This document shows positions 56,238 through 64,000 of a DNA stretch of 64,000 bases, piece after piece. A model generated the notes under the pieces. It was not told where the DNA came from, did no database searches, and saw nothing but the letters and a program-made list of their open reading frames with translations. The position numbers and the translations under genes were made by a program. The first letter of the stretch is position 1; the number at the start of each line of letters is the position of its first letter. Source of the DNA: Chloroflexota bacterium (lineage in GTDB: Bacteria > Chloroflexota > Dehalococcoidia > Dehalococcoidales > RBG-16-60-22); assembly GCA_016190695.1 (NCBI GenBank), contig JACPQC010000015.1:13435-77434 (forward strand), written 5' to 3'.

Positions 56238-57284
56238 ATGTTATCTCGGCCAAAACTACTTGCGATAGCTTCAAGCGTGATGGCGCTGGCACTGGCGGTC
56301 ACTGCCTGTGCCGGTCCGGCGCCCGCTCCTGCTCCCGCCCCCGCGCCGGCCAGGCCACAGTCCCTCACCGTTTACTCGGGACGGAGCGAAAGCCTGGTCA
56401 AGCCTATCATCGACCAGTTCGCCAGGACCAGCGGCATTGAGGTCAAGGTGCGCTACGGCGGCACGGCGGAGATGGCCGCCACCATCCTTGAAGAGGGTAG
56501 GAACAGCCCGGCAGACTTATTCTATGCCCAGGACCCCGGCGGCATTGGCGCCGTGGCTCATCTCCTTGCCCCGTTGCCCGATAGCCTTACCGCACCGGTA
56601 GAGCCAAGATTCCGGGCTGCTGACGGCAAGTGGGTCGGCATTTCGGGCCGGGCGCGCGTGATCGCTTACAATATCAACAGACTCAAGGAATCGGACCTGC
56701 CCGATGACATCTCCGGCCTTACCGACCCCAAATGGAAAGGCCGCATCGGCTGGGCGCCCACCAATGCCTCTTTCCAGGTGATGGTCACGGCGATGCGCAA
56801 GCTCTGGGGTGGAGAGAGGACCCGGCAGTGGTTGGCGGGCATGAAGGCCAATGACGCCAAGGTCTACGCGAACAACACGGCCCAGGTCAACGCCGCCGGC
56901 GCCGGAGAAATCGACGTGGCCCTGCCCAACCACTACTACCTCTATAGCATTATGCAGGGCGGCAAAGGCGAGTCCTTCCCGGTGCGGAACTACCATCCCC
57001 GGGCAGGCGGTCCGGGGGCCTTGATAATGGTATCCGGCGCCGGCGTGCTGGAGACATCGAAGAACAAAGAAGCCGCCCAGAAGTTCATCGAGTTCCTGCT
57101 CTCGCCGGTGGCGCAGCAGTACTTCGCCGGGCAGACCTTCGAGTACCCGGTGATAGAGGGCGTCAAGACACACCAACTCCTCACGCCTCTGGCCGAGATC
57201 AAAGCCCCGCAGATCAGCATGGAAGACCTGGTTGACCTGAAAGGCACGCTCAATCTGCTCAGGGAGACAGGCATAGTACCGTAG
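56238..57284 (+). CDS. Fe(3+)-type ABC transporter substrate-binding lipoprotein (FbpA/AfuA-like)
   Basis: Lipobox LAVTAC plus a (PA)n linker. YSGRSE...Y.G...E, FYAQDPG, PNHYY pattern of the iron-binding SBP family. Confidence 0.75.
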   Translation: MLSRPKLLAIASSVMALALAVTACAGPAPAPAPAPAPARPQSLTVYSGRSESLVKPIIDQFARTSGIEVKVRYGGTAEMAATILEEGRNSPADLFYAQDPGGIGAVAHLLAPLPDSLTAPVEPRFRAADGKWVGISGRARVIAYNINRLKESDLPDDISGLTDPKWKGRIGWAPTNASFQVMVTAMRKLWGGERTRQWLAGMKANDAKVYANNTAQVNAAGAGEIDVALPNHYYLYSIMQGGKGESFPVRNYHPRAGGPGALIMVSGAGVLETSKNKEAAQKFIEFLLSPVAQQYFAGQTFEYPVIEGVKTHQLLTPLAEIKAPQISMEDLVDLKGTLNLLRETGIVP

Positions 57285-57345
57285 TCGCGTGTGCGAGATA
57301 GGGGAAAGACGAAATCCGAAGGAAAACAAGTTCAAAGTACCAAAT

Positions 57346-57389
57346 GACAAAGTTCAAAAAGTTTTGAAATTGGGATTTTGAACTTTGAC
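57346..57389. repeat. AT-rich 12-bp perfect inverted repeat (hairpin) between the binding-protein and permease genes
   Basis: caaagttcaaaa (57348-57359) and ttttgaactttg (57376-57387). A further aagttcaaag copy lies at 57328-57337. Confidence 0.7.
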
Positions 57390-57409
57390 AATACGTAGAA
57401 AATACCTGG

Positions 57410-57546
57410 TTGTCATTCTGGAGGAGTCCTGACCTCCTTTACCCCTGAAGGACTCCGAAGAATCTGGTGGTGTGGGGTCTTTCCCCCAACCTCGCCAGAC
57501 CCTTCGCTTCGTTTATCCTGAGCAAAGCGAAGGGCTCCAGGGTGAC
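57410..57546. repeat. repeat family 2, copy c (opposite orientation)
   Basis: tgtcattctggaggagtcc...ccgaagaatc...cttcgcttcg..tatcctgagcaaagcgaagggctccagggtgaca. Confidence 0.8.
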
Positions 57547-57583
57547 ACCACATATTCTGGTTCTGGCTCGCTCAAGTTAGATA

Positions 57584-59212
57584 ATGATCAAGGTCGGAGC
57601 GCTAAAATCAGTGGGTGGCCGGATGGGCCGGGGGGGGCAGTCTTCCCGGCCTCCGGTCGTTATCTGGCTGCCGGCGGCAGTGGTAGCCCTGGCCATATCG
57701 CTGCCCATAGCTTACCTTGCCCTGCGCGCCTCCGGGGCCGGCGGCGAGGTCTGGGATCTGTTCTTCCGCACCCGTACCCTGGCCATCCTGGGGCGCACCG
57801 TGGCGCTGGTCGTCGCGGTGACCGCGGTCTCGGCAGCCATCTCGCTGCCCCTGGCCTGGCTCACCACGCGCACTGACCTCCCCTGGCGCAAGACATGGTC
57901 GGTGCTGACCGCCCTGCCGCTGGTCGTGCCCAGCTACGTATTAGGTTTCGCCGTGGTCGCTGCCCTGGGGCCGAGGGGAGTACTGCAGCAGGCGCTGGGC
58001 AGTCTGTTCGGCCTGGAACGCCTCCCCGAAATTTACGGTTTCCCCGGGGCGCTGCTGGCCATAACCGCAGTAGCTTACCCTTATATCCTGCTCACGGTGC
58101 AGGCATCGCTGCGCGGCCTGGACCCCTGCGTGGAGGAGGTCTCCCGGAGCCTGGGGCACGGGCAATGGGACACCTTCCGCCGGGTGGTGCTTCCCCAGCT
58201 CCGCCCCGCCCTGGCGGCAGGTTCGCTGCTGGTAGCGCTTTATGCGCTCCGGGACTTCGGCGCGGTATCCTTGCTGCGCTACGAGACCTTCACCTGGGCT
58301 ATCTATCTCCAGTACCAGACATCCTTCGACCGGATGCTGGCGGCCGCACTGTCCCTGGTGTTGGTGGCCATCGCCATCGTGATACTGATAGCTGAGGCCC
58401 GCACCCGGGGCGGGGGCCGCTACCACCGCAGCGCCGCCGGGGTGAGCCGCACGCCGGCGATTTCCTGCCTGGGGAGGTGGCGCTGGCCGGCGCTGGCCTT
58501 TTGCAGCCTGGTGGTGCTCTTCGCCCTGGCTATGCCGGTGGGTGTTATCGGCTACTGGATGGTGCGCGGCGTTGCTGCGGGCGAGTCGCTGCAGGCCGCC
58601 TGGATGCCCGCCCTGAACTCGGCCTACGTGTCCGCCCTGGCTGCGGCGGCAACGGCCCTGGCTGCTGTCCCGGTGGTCTTCATGGACGTCCGCTTCCCCG
58701 GCTTGATCAGCCGCTTGCTGGAGCGGGCCACCTACATCGGCTTCGCCCTGCCCGGCATCGTCATCGCCCTGGCACTGGTCTTCTTCGGCGCGAACTACGC
58801 CCTCTTCCTGTACCAGACCCTGGGGATGCTGGTGTTCGCCTACGCCGTCCTTTTCCTGCCCCAGGCGGTAGGACCGATGCGGGCATCGCTGCTCCAGGTC
58901 AGCCCGCGCCTGGAAGAGGTGGCGCGCAGCCTGGGACGGTCTCCGGCGAGAGTGCTGGCGGCGGTCACCCTGCCCCTGCTGCGCCCTGGCATACTGGCCG
59001 GCGCCGCGCTGGTCTTCCTTACCACCATGAAGGAGCTGCCGGCTACCCTCCTGCTCAGCCCCATCGGATTCAAGACCCTGGCGGTATCAATATGGTCGAC
59101 CACCTCTGAGGCCTTCTTCGCCAGGGCTGCGTTCCCCGCCCTTCTTCTGATATTATTATCTTCAGTGCCGATGGCCTTCCTGGTCAACCGGGAAAGGAAG
59201 GGACGCTCATGA
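57584..59212 (+). CDS. iron-type ABC transporter permease (duplicated BPD_transp_1 domains, FbpB-like)
   Basis: 542 aa with two EAA-loop-containing halves (EEVSRSLG, EEVARSLG). Confidence 0.85.
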   Translation: MIKVGALKSVGGRMGRGGQSSRPPVVIWLPAAVVALAISLPIAYLALRASGAGGEVWDLFFRTRTLAILGRTVALVVAVTAVSAAISLPLAWLTTRTDLPWRKTWSVLTALPLVVPSYVLGFAVVAALGPRGVLQQALGSLFGLERLPEIYGFPGALLAITAVAYPYILLTVQASLRGLDPCVEEVSRSLGHGQWDTFRRVVLPQLRPALAAGSLLVALYALRDFGAVSLLRYETFTWAIYLQYQTSFDRMLAAALSLVLVAIAIVILIAEARTRGGGRYHRSAAGVSRTPAISCLGRWRWPALAFCSLVVLFALAMPVGVIGYWMVRGVAAGESLQAAWMPALNSAYVSALAAAATALAAVPVVFMDVRFPGLISRLLERATYIGFALPGIVIALALVFFGANYALFLYQTLGMLVFAYAVLFLPQAVGPMRASLLQVSPRLEEVARSLGRSPARVLAAVTLPLLRPGILAGAALVFLTTMKELPATLLLSPIGFKTLAVSIWSTTSEAFFARAAFPALLLILLSSVPMAFLVNRERKGRS

Positions 59213-60258
59213 TAGCAGTACGTTGCTCAGATCTGACCAAAGACTTTGGCAGGACCCGCGCCCTCTACGACATCAATCTGGAGGTGGAGGAGGGCAGCTT
59301 CCTGGCGCTGCTCGGCCCCAGCGGCTGCGGCAAGACCACCTTGCTCAGGCTGATAGCCGGCTTTGAAGCGCCCGACCAGGGGGCCATTGAAGTGGCCGGA
59401 AGAACAGTGGCCGGCCCCGGCGTGTTCGTGCCTCCGGAAAAGCGGCAGACGGGCATCGTCTTCCAGGACTACGCCCTGTTCCCCCACCTGGACGTGTCCC
59501 GGAACATCGCCTTCGGGCTGCCCAAAGGGGCCAACCACCAAAACCGGATAGCCGAGATGCTGTCCCTGGTGGGACTCAAAGGGTACGAGCGCCGCATGCC
59601 CCACCAGCTTTCCGGCGGCGAGCAGCAGCGAGTCGCCCTGGCCCGCGCCCTGGCCCCTCACCCCACCGTCCTCCTCCTCGACGAGCCTTTCTCCAACCTG
59701 GACGCCGACCTGCGCAGCCGCATCCGCGCCGAGGTCAAGGGGATTCTGGCCTGCGCCGGGGCTACCGTCATCTTCGTTACCCACGACCAGGAAGAGGCAT
59801 TGTACATGGGCGACCGCGTGGGCGTGATGAACGCGGGGCGCATGGAGCAGATAGATACGCCTGAGGCCATCTTCTACCGCCCGGCCTCGCCCTTTGTGGC
59901 CCAGTTCATCGGCGTGGCTGATTTCATCCAGGGCGTGGTGCAGAACGGCGACGTGGTCACCGAGGTGGGCCGCGCCCCCCTGGACAGGAAGCTGCCGCCG
60001 GGGGAAAAGGTGAGGGTGATGCTCCGGCCCGGCGCTGTAGACATAGTCCCTGCCGCCGACGGGGACGGGGTCATCACCGAGCGCATCTTCCAGGGCAGCG
60101 AATACCTGTACCGGGTGCAACTGCCCTCAGGGGCGAGCATACGCAGCCTGCAACAATATAGCTGCTGCTACCCGGCGAACACGCGGGTCAGGGTCACCGC
60201 CCGGTTCGACAGCGGCCTGGTGTACTTCTCCAGCAACGGGGCCGGGCCGAAGGGGTAG
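59209..60258 (+). CDS. ABC transporter ATP-binding protein (FbpC/PotA-like with C-terminal TOBE-like domain)
   Basis: [32 protein letters not shown]. 4-nt overlap with the permease gene. Confidence 0.9.
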   Translation: MIAVRCSDLTKDFGRTRALYDINLEVEEGSFLALLGPSGCGKTTLLRLIAGFEAPDQGAIEVAGRTVAGPGVFVPPEKRQTGIVFQDYALFPHLDVSRNIAFGLPKGANHQNRIAEMLSLVGLKGYERRMPHQLSGGEQQRVALARALAPHPTVLLLDEPFSNLDADLRSRIRAEVKGILACAGATVIFVTHDQEEALYMGDRVGVMNAGRMEQIDTPEAIFYRPASPFVAQFIGVADFIQGVVQNGDVVTEVGRAPLDRKLPPGEKVRVMLRPGAVDIVPAADGDGVITERIFQGSEYLYRVQLPSGASIRSLQQYSCCYPANTRVRVTARFDSGLVYFSSNGAGPKG

Positions 60259-60412
60259 GGTTTTTCTGGCTGGGGAAGTTCGCCTGTTGTAAGGCTAATT
60301 GACCTTCCTCATACGGCGTACCTTGAATTTCCAACACCGACTACGAGCAGGCCATACTTTGCCACTTTCCTGCAGGATTCCTGTTTCTTCTATCGAAACA
60401 AGCCCTGGCTTA

Positions 60413-60442
60413 TTGACAAAATTGCTTTTCGGGGTTTATGCT
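60413..60442 (+). promoter_or_regulatory. promoter candidate for the island ORF
   Basis: TTGACA (60413-60418), 18 nt, TATGCT (60437-60442), ~45 nt before the ATG at 60488. Confidence 0.35.
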
Positions 60443-60487
60443 AAGGCAGATGGGTCGGAAAATCCAAATAAGCATAAGAAAAGAACT

Positions 60488-62854
60488 ATGGCAGTACTAC
60501 CTGGAGTAACTAGAGTGGCGCTTGAAACCGATGATAGTTACCTGCGATTTGAAAACTTCTGTATCGACTTGTTTAACAAGATCGAAGGCGTAGAACTTGT
60601 GCCCACTTCAAGAAGTTGGGACTATGGCCGTGATGGCCGGTCTGTTCTTCTTGGCAGGGCTGCCGTGAAACCTATACTATGTGCTACCCTTCGACGAGAC
60701 ATTGACGCAAAGATTGAGTCAGATATTTCTCGTCTCCACGAGACTACTAATACAGATTCGCTTATCTATTGCTCCTCGAAGGAATTAACCGAAGCGCGAT
60801 GTGACTCCCTTGAAAACAGAATTCGAGAACTTTGCCCTTCACTTCTAACTATCCGTGTCGTTGGACAAACACAATTCATCAATTTGGTTGAGCGTCATGA
60901 AGAAATTTTCAGAAAGCATTACTCAGCCGAAATACGAAATATCGAAAGGACTCTGCTTAGTTCGTGTGTAAGCCAAGATGTGAGAGAACTGGGTCTTCGT
61001 CTCGCACTATGTACCCAGGTTGGTGATGATGCCCAGCAACTTAGGGACGAGATAGCAAAAAGATTGTTCTTGCATACGCTTAGCAGTTGCGATGGTCTGA
61101 CAGTTCCGCAATTGGCCTCAACACTAGCTAACCAATTACATTTGCCACGCACCTTGTCAAACTACTACGTTGAAGAAGTTGTTAGTCATCTGTCCTCGGA
61201 AGAACTTGTCACCTACGATAATGGGCTGATAAGCATCACTGCTAAGGGTAGACATTATGCTGACCACATTCCTGAAGAAAGCCAGCGTAAACTGCTTGAA
61301 GGACGCAGTGCAGTCAGAGAGGCGATTTTTAGTTTGTCGGGACATCAGCTTGCTGATTCTCAATATAACCGACTTTGGGAGACATTTCAGGATAGTATGA
61401 CAGAGCTCTTCTACAGCCATGGGCTAGCTCTCGTCAGAATGATCAGGTCTATACTCATTGAAGAGTTAACTTCGGCTCCCAAAGATGATATTTACTCTCG
61501 GCTGATTGCATTAGCCGAAAAGTCTGTCTCCCATTTTTCAAGTTTAGAACAGGGATCCGAAGTAAAACAAGCAATCATTGATATGTTCTACGAAAAAAAG
61601 AATCCTGCATTTGAATGGCTGAGTCAAATATGTGGCATATATGTCATGATGTGCTCCTTGGGGCTCGAAGAACTGAGCAACCAACAAGTCATTCGTGTCC
61701 TTTCGACTTATCACGTTGTCCCCGATAGCGACATTCTCATCTCCTTGCTTTGCGAGGGAGAGAAGAATCATGAAGAGGTAAATAGAATTATGAGAGGATG
61801 GGTTGCAGTTGGCGGAAAGATCATGCTGTCTGCACCCGTTTTGGAAGAAGTAGCATACCATGCTTGGATAAGTGATTACGACTATTGTCATTTTGGTCCC
61901 AATCTGTCCAATATTTCTGACGACGACGCAAACCATACAATAGAAAACGCCTTTGTTCGCGCCTTTAGGAAGTCGGCCCGGTCGGAAACCTCTCCTAGTC
62001 ACTGGTATCAATATATTCAACAATACAGGGGCACATCTGGAAAGGATTATGCAAAAATACTTCGTATTTTACGGTATGAGTTTCCTCTGGAGCTTATGCC
62101 TCCAGCACCAGCGGGTGAGGAATATGATAGACTCTCCGCCAAAATAAAGCAATACATGCTTCATCGAATGAGCGAATTCTCAAATGCTCCCGTGTCTTAT
62201 CTTGACCGCCGCACCATTGATAAAATCACTCGAGATTGTGCCTTAGTGGTCTCGGTCGTTGCAGAGCGAAGAGACAGGAAATTCCAGGGCGACTATACGA
62301 CCTCATGTATTATTTCGTCTGCTGGCATATTGAAAGAATTAGATAGCATTTTTGGTCATGAGTTCGATCCTCCCGAATTAATTCTTTCGACCGCTGCAAT
62401 TAGCTTTTTACTAACTTTAACTCCTCAGGTGTCAATGGGCTTTGGCACTCTGCGCTCTGTACTCTTTGATTCTGTTCTATATCAGAGATTAACTCCGGCC
62501 CAAAGACACGCATTTCGCGTTATCACGTCCTCTGGCCAATGGAACGTGCCTTGGTCTCGTCGAGGGGCGCTAGAGCAGACTTTGAATGATATATTACTTC
62601 GGGAAGCGCGATCGAGAGGTATGCGAGTTTCTGACACAAGAGCGCGAGTAATAGGAACGAAAGAACCGGAGTATTCTGCTACTATTATTGCAGAAACCCT
62701 TAATAGAATGGCTATTACCCCGAAAGAACGACAGGAACTAATTAGAGCTAAGAACGAACTAGTGCAACTTCAGAAGGAATTGTCACGCATTAAGAGCCAG
62801 AAAATCCCCGCTACCGGCAGGCGCCGCGCCAAATTTAGATCCAAGAATGCGTGA
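60488..62854 (+). CDS. 788-aa hypothetical multi-domain protein: Mrr/PD-(D/E)xK-like N-terminal motif, wHTH-like segment, PIN-like core, basic coiled-coil tail
   Basis: AT-rich ORF: 27 G+C in the 60-nt line at 61141 versus 43 at 59641. YLRFENFCIDLF...VELVPTSRSWDYGRDGRS resembles restriction-endonuclease (Mrr_cat-type) N-termini. LTVPQLASTLANQLHL...YVEEVVSHLSSEELV is wHTH-like. HVVPDSDILISLL...SAPVLEEV...TRDCALVVSVVAE is PIN-like acidic spacing. No Walker A motif. The TTG-extended ORF from 60299 is rejected. Confidence 0.7.
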   Translation: MAVLPGVTRVALETDDSYLRFENFCIDLFNKIEGVELVPTSRSWDYGRDGRSVLLGRAAVKPILCATLRRDIDAKIESDISRLHETTNTDSLIYCSSKELTEARCDSLENRIRELCPSLLTIRVVGQTQFINLVERHEEIFRKHYSAEIRNIERTLLSSCVSQDVRELGLRLALCTQVGDDAQQLRDEIAKRLFLHTLSSCDGLTVPQLASTLANQLHLPRTLSNYYVEEVVSHLSSEELVTYDNGLISITAKGRHYADHIPEESQRKLLEGRSAVREAIFSLSGHQLADSQYNRLWETFQDSMTELFYSHGLALVRMIRSILIEELTSAPKDDIYSRLIALAEKSVSHFSSLEQGSEVKQAIIDMFYEKKNPAFEWLSQICGIYVMMCSLGLEELSNQQVIRVLSTYHVVPDSDILISLLCEGEKNHEEVNRIMRGWVAVGGKIMLSAPVLEEVAYHAWISDYDYCHFGPNLSNISDDDANHTIENAFVRAFRKSARSETSPSHWYQYIQQYRGTSGKDYAKILRILRYEFPLELMPPAPAGEEYDRLSAKIKQYMLHRMSEFSNAPVSYLDRRTIDKITRDCALVVSVVAERRDRKFQGDYTTSCIISSAGILKELDSIFGHEFDPPELILSTAAISFLLTLTPQVSMGFGTLRSVLFDSVLYQRLTPAQRHAFRVITSSGQWNVPWSRRGALEQTLNDILLREARSRGMRVSDTRARVIGTKEPEYSATIIAETLNRMAITPKERQELIRAKNELVQLQKELSRIKSQKIPATGRRRAKFRSKNA

Positions 62855-63077
62855 GTAGTTTGATATCCTCAATAAATTACCATGCTGTACCTTTGGCCCC
62901 CGCACTACTATGAGGAAAGCTCTGCCAAGCTAATCTGACATCACACCACCATGTGCCTCTCCCCCTCCCCCCGCCCCTTCTGCAATCCGCCCCCGCATAG
63001 TGCTACAATTACATTGAGACCGGATGACGGCGAAGGAGCACCCTACTACAGGTGAACTATGTCCGGCCGGATAAAAC

Positions 63078-63287
63078 ATGGCTGCTGATGCTTTCCCGGA
63101 CCACTACGTGTTCCTCCGGTCCGTGGGTGCAGTCCCTGATAGCTTCAGTGGTCCGCTGGCGGCATTGGCCGGGCCGTTGGCTGCCTTCACCGTAAAGAAG
63201 CTCGAGTCCGGGAAACTGAAGCTGATATTGGGACTGACCATTACACTCCTGGGGGCATGGAGACTAATGGGGGCTTATGCCGTTTAG
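63078..63287 (+). pseudogene. probable C-terminal remnant of a TSUP (TauE/SafE) family permease
   Basis: The 69-aa ORF GPLAALAGPLAAFTVKKLESGKLKLILGLTITLLGAWRLMG resembles the last two TM helices of TauE/SafE proteins (~250 aa). No upstream remainder is present. Confidence 0.4.
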
Positions 63288-63334
63288 AGGTGAAGACAGG
63301 AGGCCGCAAAGCCTTATCGGGGAGGTCCGGTACT

Positions 63335-64000
63335 ATGTTTAAGAGGACTCTGTGGGGCATCGCTGTCGTCTTCATCGTGGTGGTCTTGCTGTGGCTGGGG
63401 CTAAGCTGGGTAGCCCAGGTCTTGCGGCAGCCAGGTATATTGGGCAGCTACGAGCGGGTGATACTGCATACCCCCAGCGGAGGCTTTGAACTTACCGCCA
63501 CGGTCGATACCGGCGCTGACCTCACTTCTATCGACAGGGAACTGGCCCTTTCCCTCGGCCTGGCGCCGGAACCGGGTGTGACCAGGCGCATTATCACCGA
63601 AATAGGCGTTGTGGAGCGGCAGGCCGTACGGCTGCGGTTCCAGCTAGACGGGCGCGAGATAACCTCGGAAGCCACGCTGGCCGACCGCACCGCTTTCACC
63701 AACCGGATGCTCGTCGGCAAGGCCGATCTGTCCGGTTTTGTAGTCGATAGTTCCCGCCAGTTCTTGACGCGCCCCGCTGATGCCGGGACGTTTTATTTCG
63801 TAGACCCCGGCGCCTTGCTGGGCACTAGCCGGCTGGGACGGATCATCATAATGCTGCCCGTTCTCGCCTCGATAGTGGTATTGCTGCGCTTGCTGGCCGG
63901 CATACGGACCTATGGCGTCTTTGCCCCGACAATCATCGCCATCACTCTTATGGACCTGGGTGTACTGCCCGGTGCGGCCATCTACCTGTTTACGGTCGTC
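63335..64000 (+). CDS. retropepsin-like aspartic peptidase domain (DUF785 / 'ATP-dependent zinc protease' family) fused to a multi-TM domain; 3' end outside the window
   Basis: GGAGG 9 nt before the ATG. N-terminal TM, LTATVDTGADLTSID (DTGA motif), then hydrophobic helices. Open to the window end, so absent from the ORF track. Confidence 0.65.
   Translation, partial: MFKRTLWGIAVVFIVVVLLWLGLSWVAQVLRQPGILGSYERVILHTPSGGFELTATVDTGADLTSIDRELALSLGLAPEPGVTRRIITEIGVVERQAVRLRFQLDGREITSEATLADRTAFTNRMLVGKADLSGFVVDSSRQFLTRPADAGTFYFVDPGALLGTSRLGRIIIMLPVLASIVVLLRLLAGIRTYGVFAPTIIAITLMDLGVLPGAAIYLFTVV

Noticed and set aside
6133-57876. Short ORFs that are translations of the repeat elements: 6133-6330, 7368-7667, 7445-7657, 7583-7786, 9401-9931 (3' part), 17781-17990, 35767-36102, 55748-55954, 55815-56051, 57472-57876.
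   Set aside because: They coincide with repeat families 1 and 2 (peptides such as SPFRKGR, PLFQRGKL, ILSRSPERSEGEAKDL). They lack SD sequences, and reading frame is not conserved between copies.
383-60120. Many long ORFs antisense to, or frame-shifted within, confidently identified genes. Examples: 383-970(-), 4536-5669(+), 8536-9684(+), 9901-11037(+), 12365-13243(+), 15910-17295(+), 19240-20055(-), 21385-22047(-), 22920-24173(-), 34044-35177(+), 38895-40157(-), 50508-51368(+), 52641-53891(+), 54331-55446(+), 57895-58395(+), 59227-60120(-).
   Set aside because: These are typical shadow ORFs of high-GC DNA. Their translations are low-complexity and rich in Arg/Ala/Gly/Pro, with no motifs, and each fully overlaps a gene that has clear family signatures.
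60299-60487. N-terminal 63-codon extension (TTG start) of the island ORF, as listed in the ORF track.
   Set aside because: It has a non-ATG start with no SD and the extension is low-information. A promoter-like TTGACA/TATGCT lies inside it, and the first ATG (60488) precedes the recognisable domain.
1-64000. CRISPR arrays, tRNA, rRNA, tmRNA, RNase P, integrase or transposase genes.
   Set aside because: Not seen. The repeats present are irregularly spaced hairpin/MITE-like elements without uniform spacers. I found no cloverleaf-type GTTCRANYC T-arm contexts by eye and no recombinase-like ORFs. A tRNAscan/Infernal run would be needed for certainty.

Overview
High-GC (roughly 60-70% by eye) bacterial chromosomal window with dense, mostly operonic coding. 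My guess is an anaerobic or facultative Chloroflexota-like lineage; this is inference from gene content and lipoprotein linkers only. The backbone genes include: pncA-pncB, ispG, the infC-rpmI-rplT-pheS-pheT cluster, ftsH, a nitrogen block (GS-like gene + PucR regulator; small ORF-amt-glnA), MacB-like ABC, trkH-trkA, tatA, cytochrome c, a glycosyltransferase/galU cluster, DJ-1/PfpI + superoxide reductase, a PAS/GAF histidine kinase + response regulator, a TRAP binding protein, ubiD, ackA-xfp (phosphoketolase) and an iron-type ABC importer. Three visibly AT-richer accessory islands interrupt this backbone. (i) 6.1-8.6 kb holds an orphan Dam-like methyltransferase, a GIY-YIG gene bracketed by identical 33-bp repeats, and a small HNH protein. 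(ii) 31.6-33.6 kb holds a NotI-fold restriction enzyme plus a Dam-like methyltransferase. (iii) 60.3-63.1 kb holds one 788-aa multi-domain protein (Mrr-like N-terminus, wHTH, PIN-like core) with no recognisable family, next to a gene remnant. This third island is my best candidate for an undescribed defence or mobile module. Second-best novelty: a monomethylamine-methyltransferase (MtmB) homologue with Gln (CAG) exactly at the pyrrolysine position 202. It is co-operonic with a corrinoid protein, and a MeTr-like pterin methyltransferase lies 7 kb away. Other observations: an in-frame amber codon inside a PAS domain of the sensor kinase, at least three families of hairpin/MITE-like intergenic repeats (one always 5' of genes), a non-AUG infC start, and an ABC ATPase fused to a YHS domain. 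I found no rRNA, tRNA or CRISPR array by eye. All domain calls rest on motif recognition from memory, not on searches.
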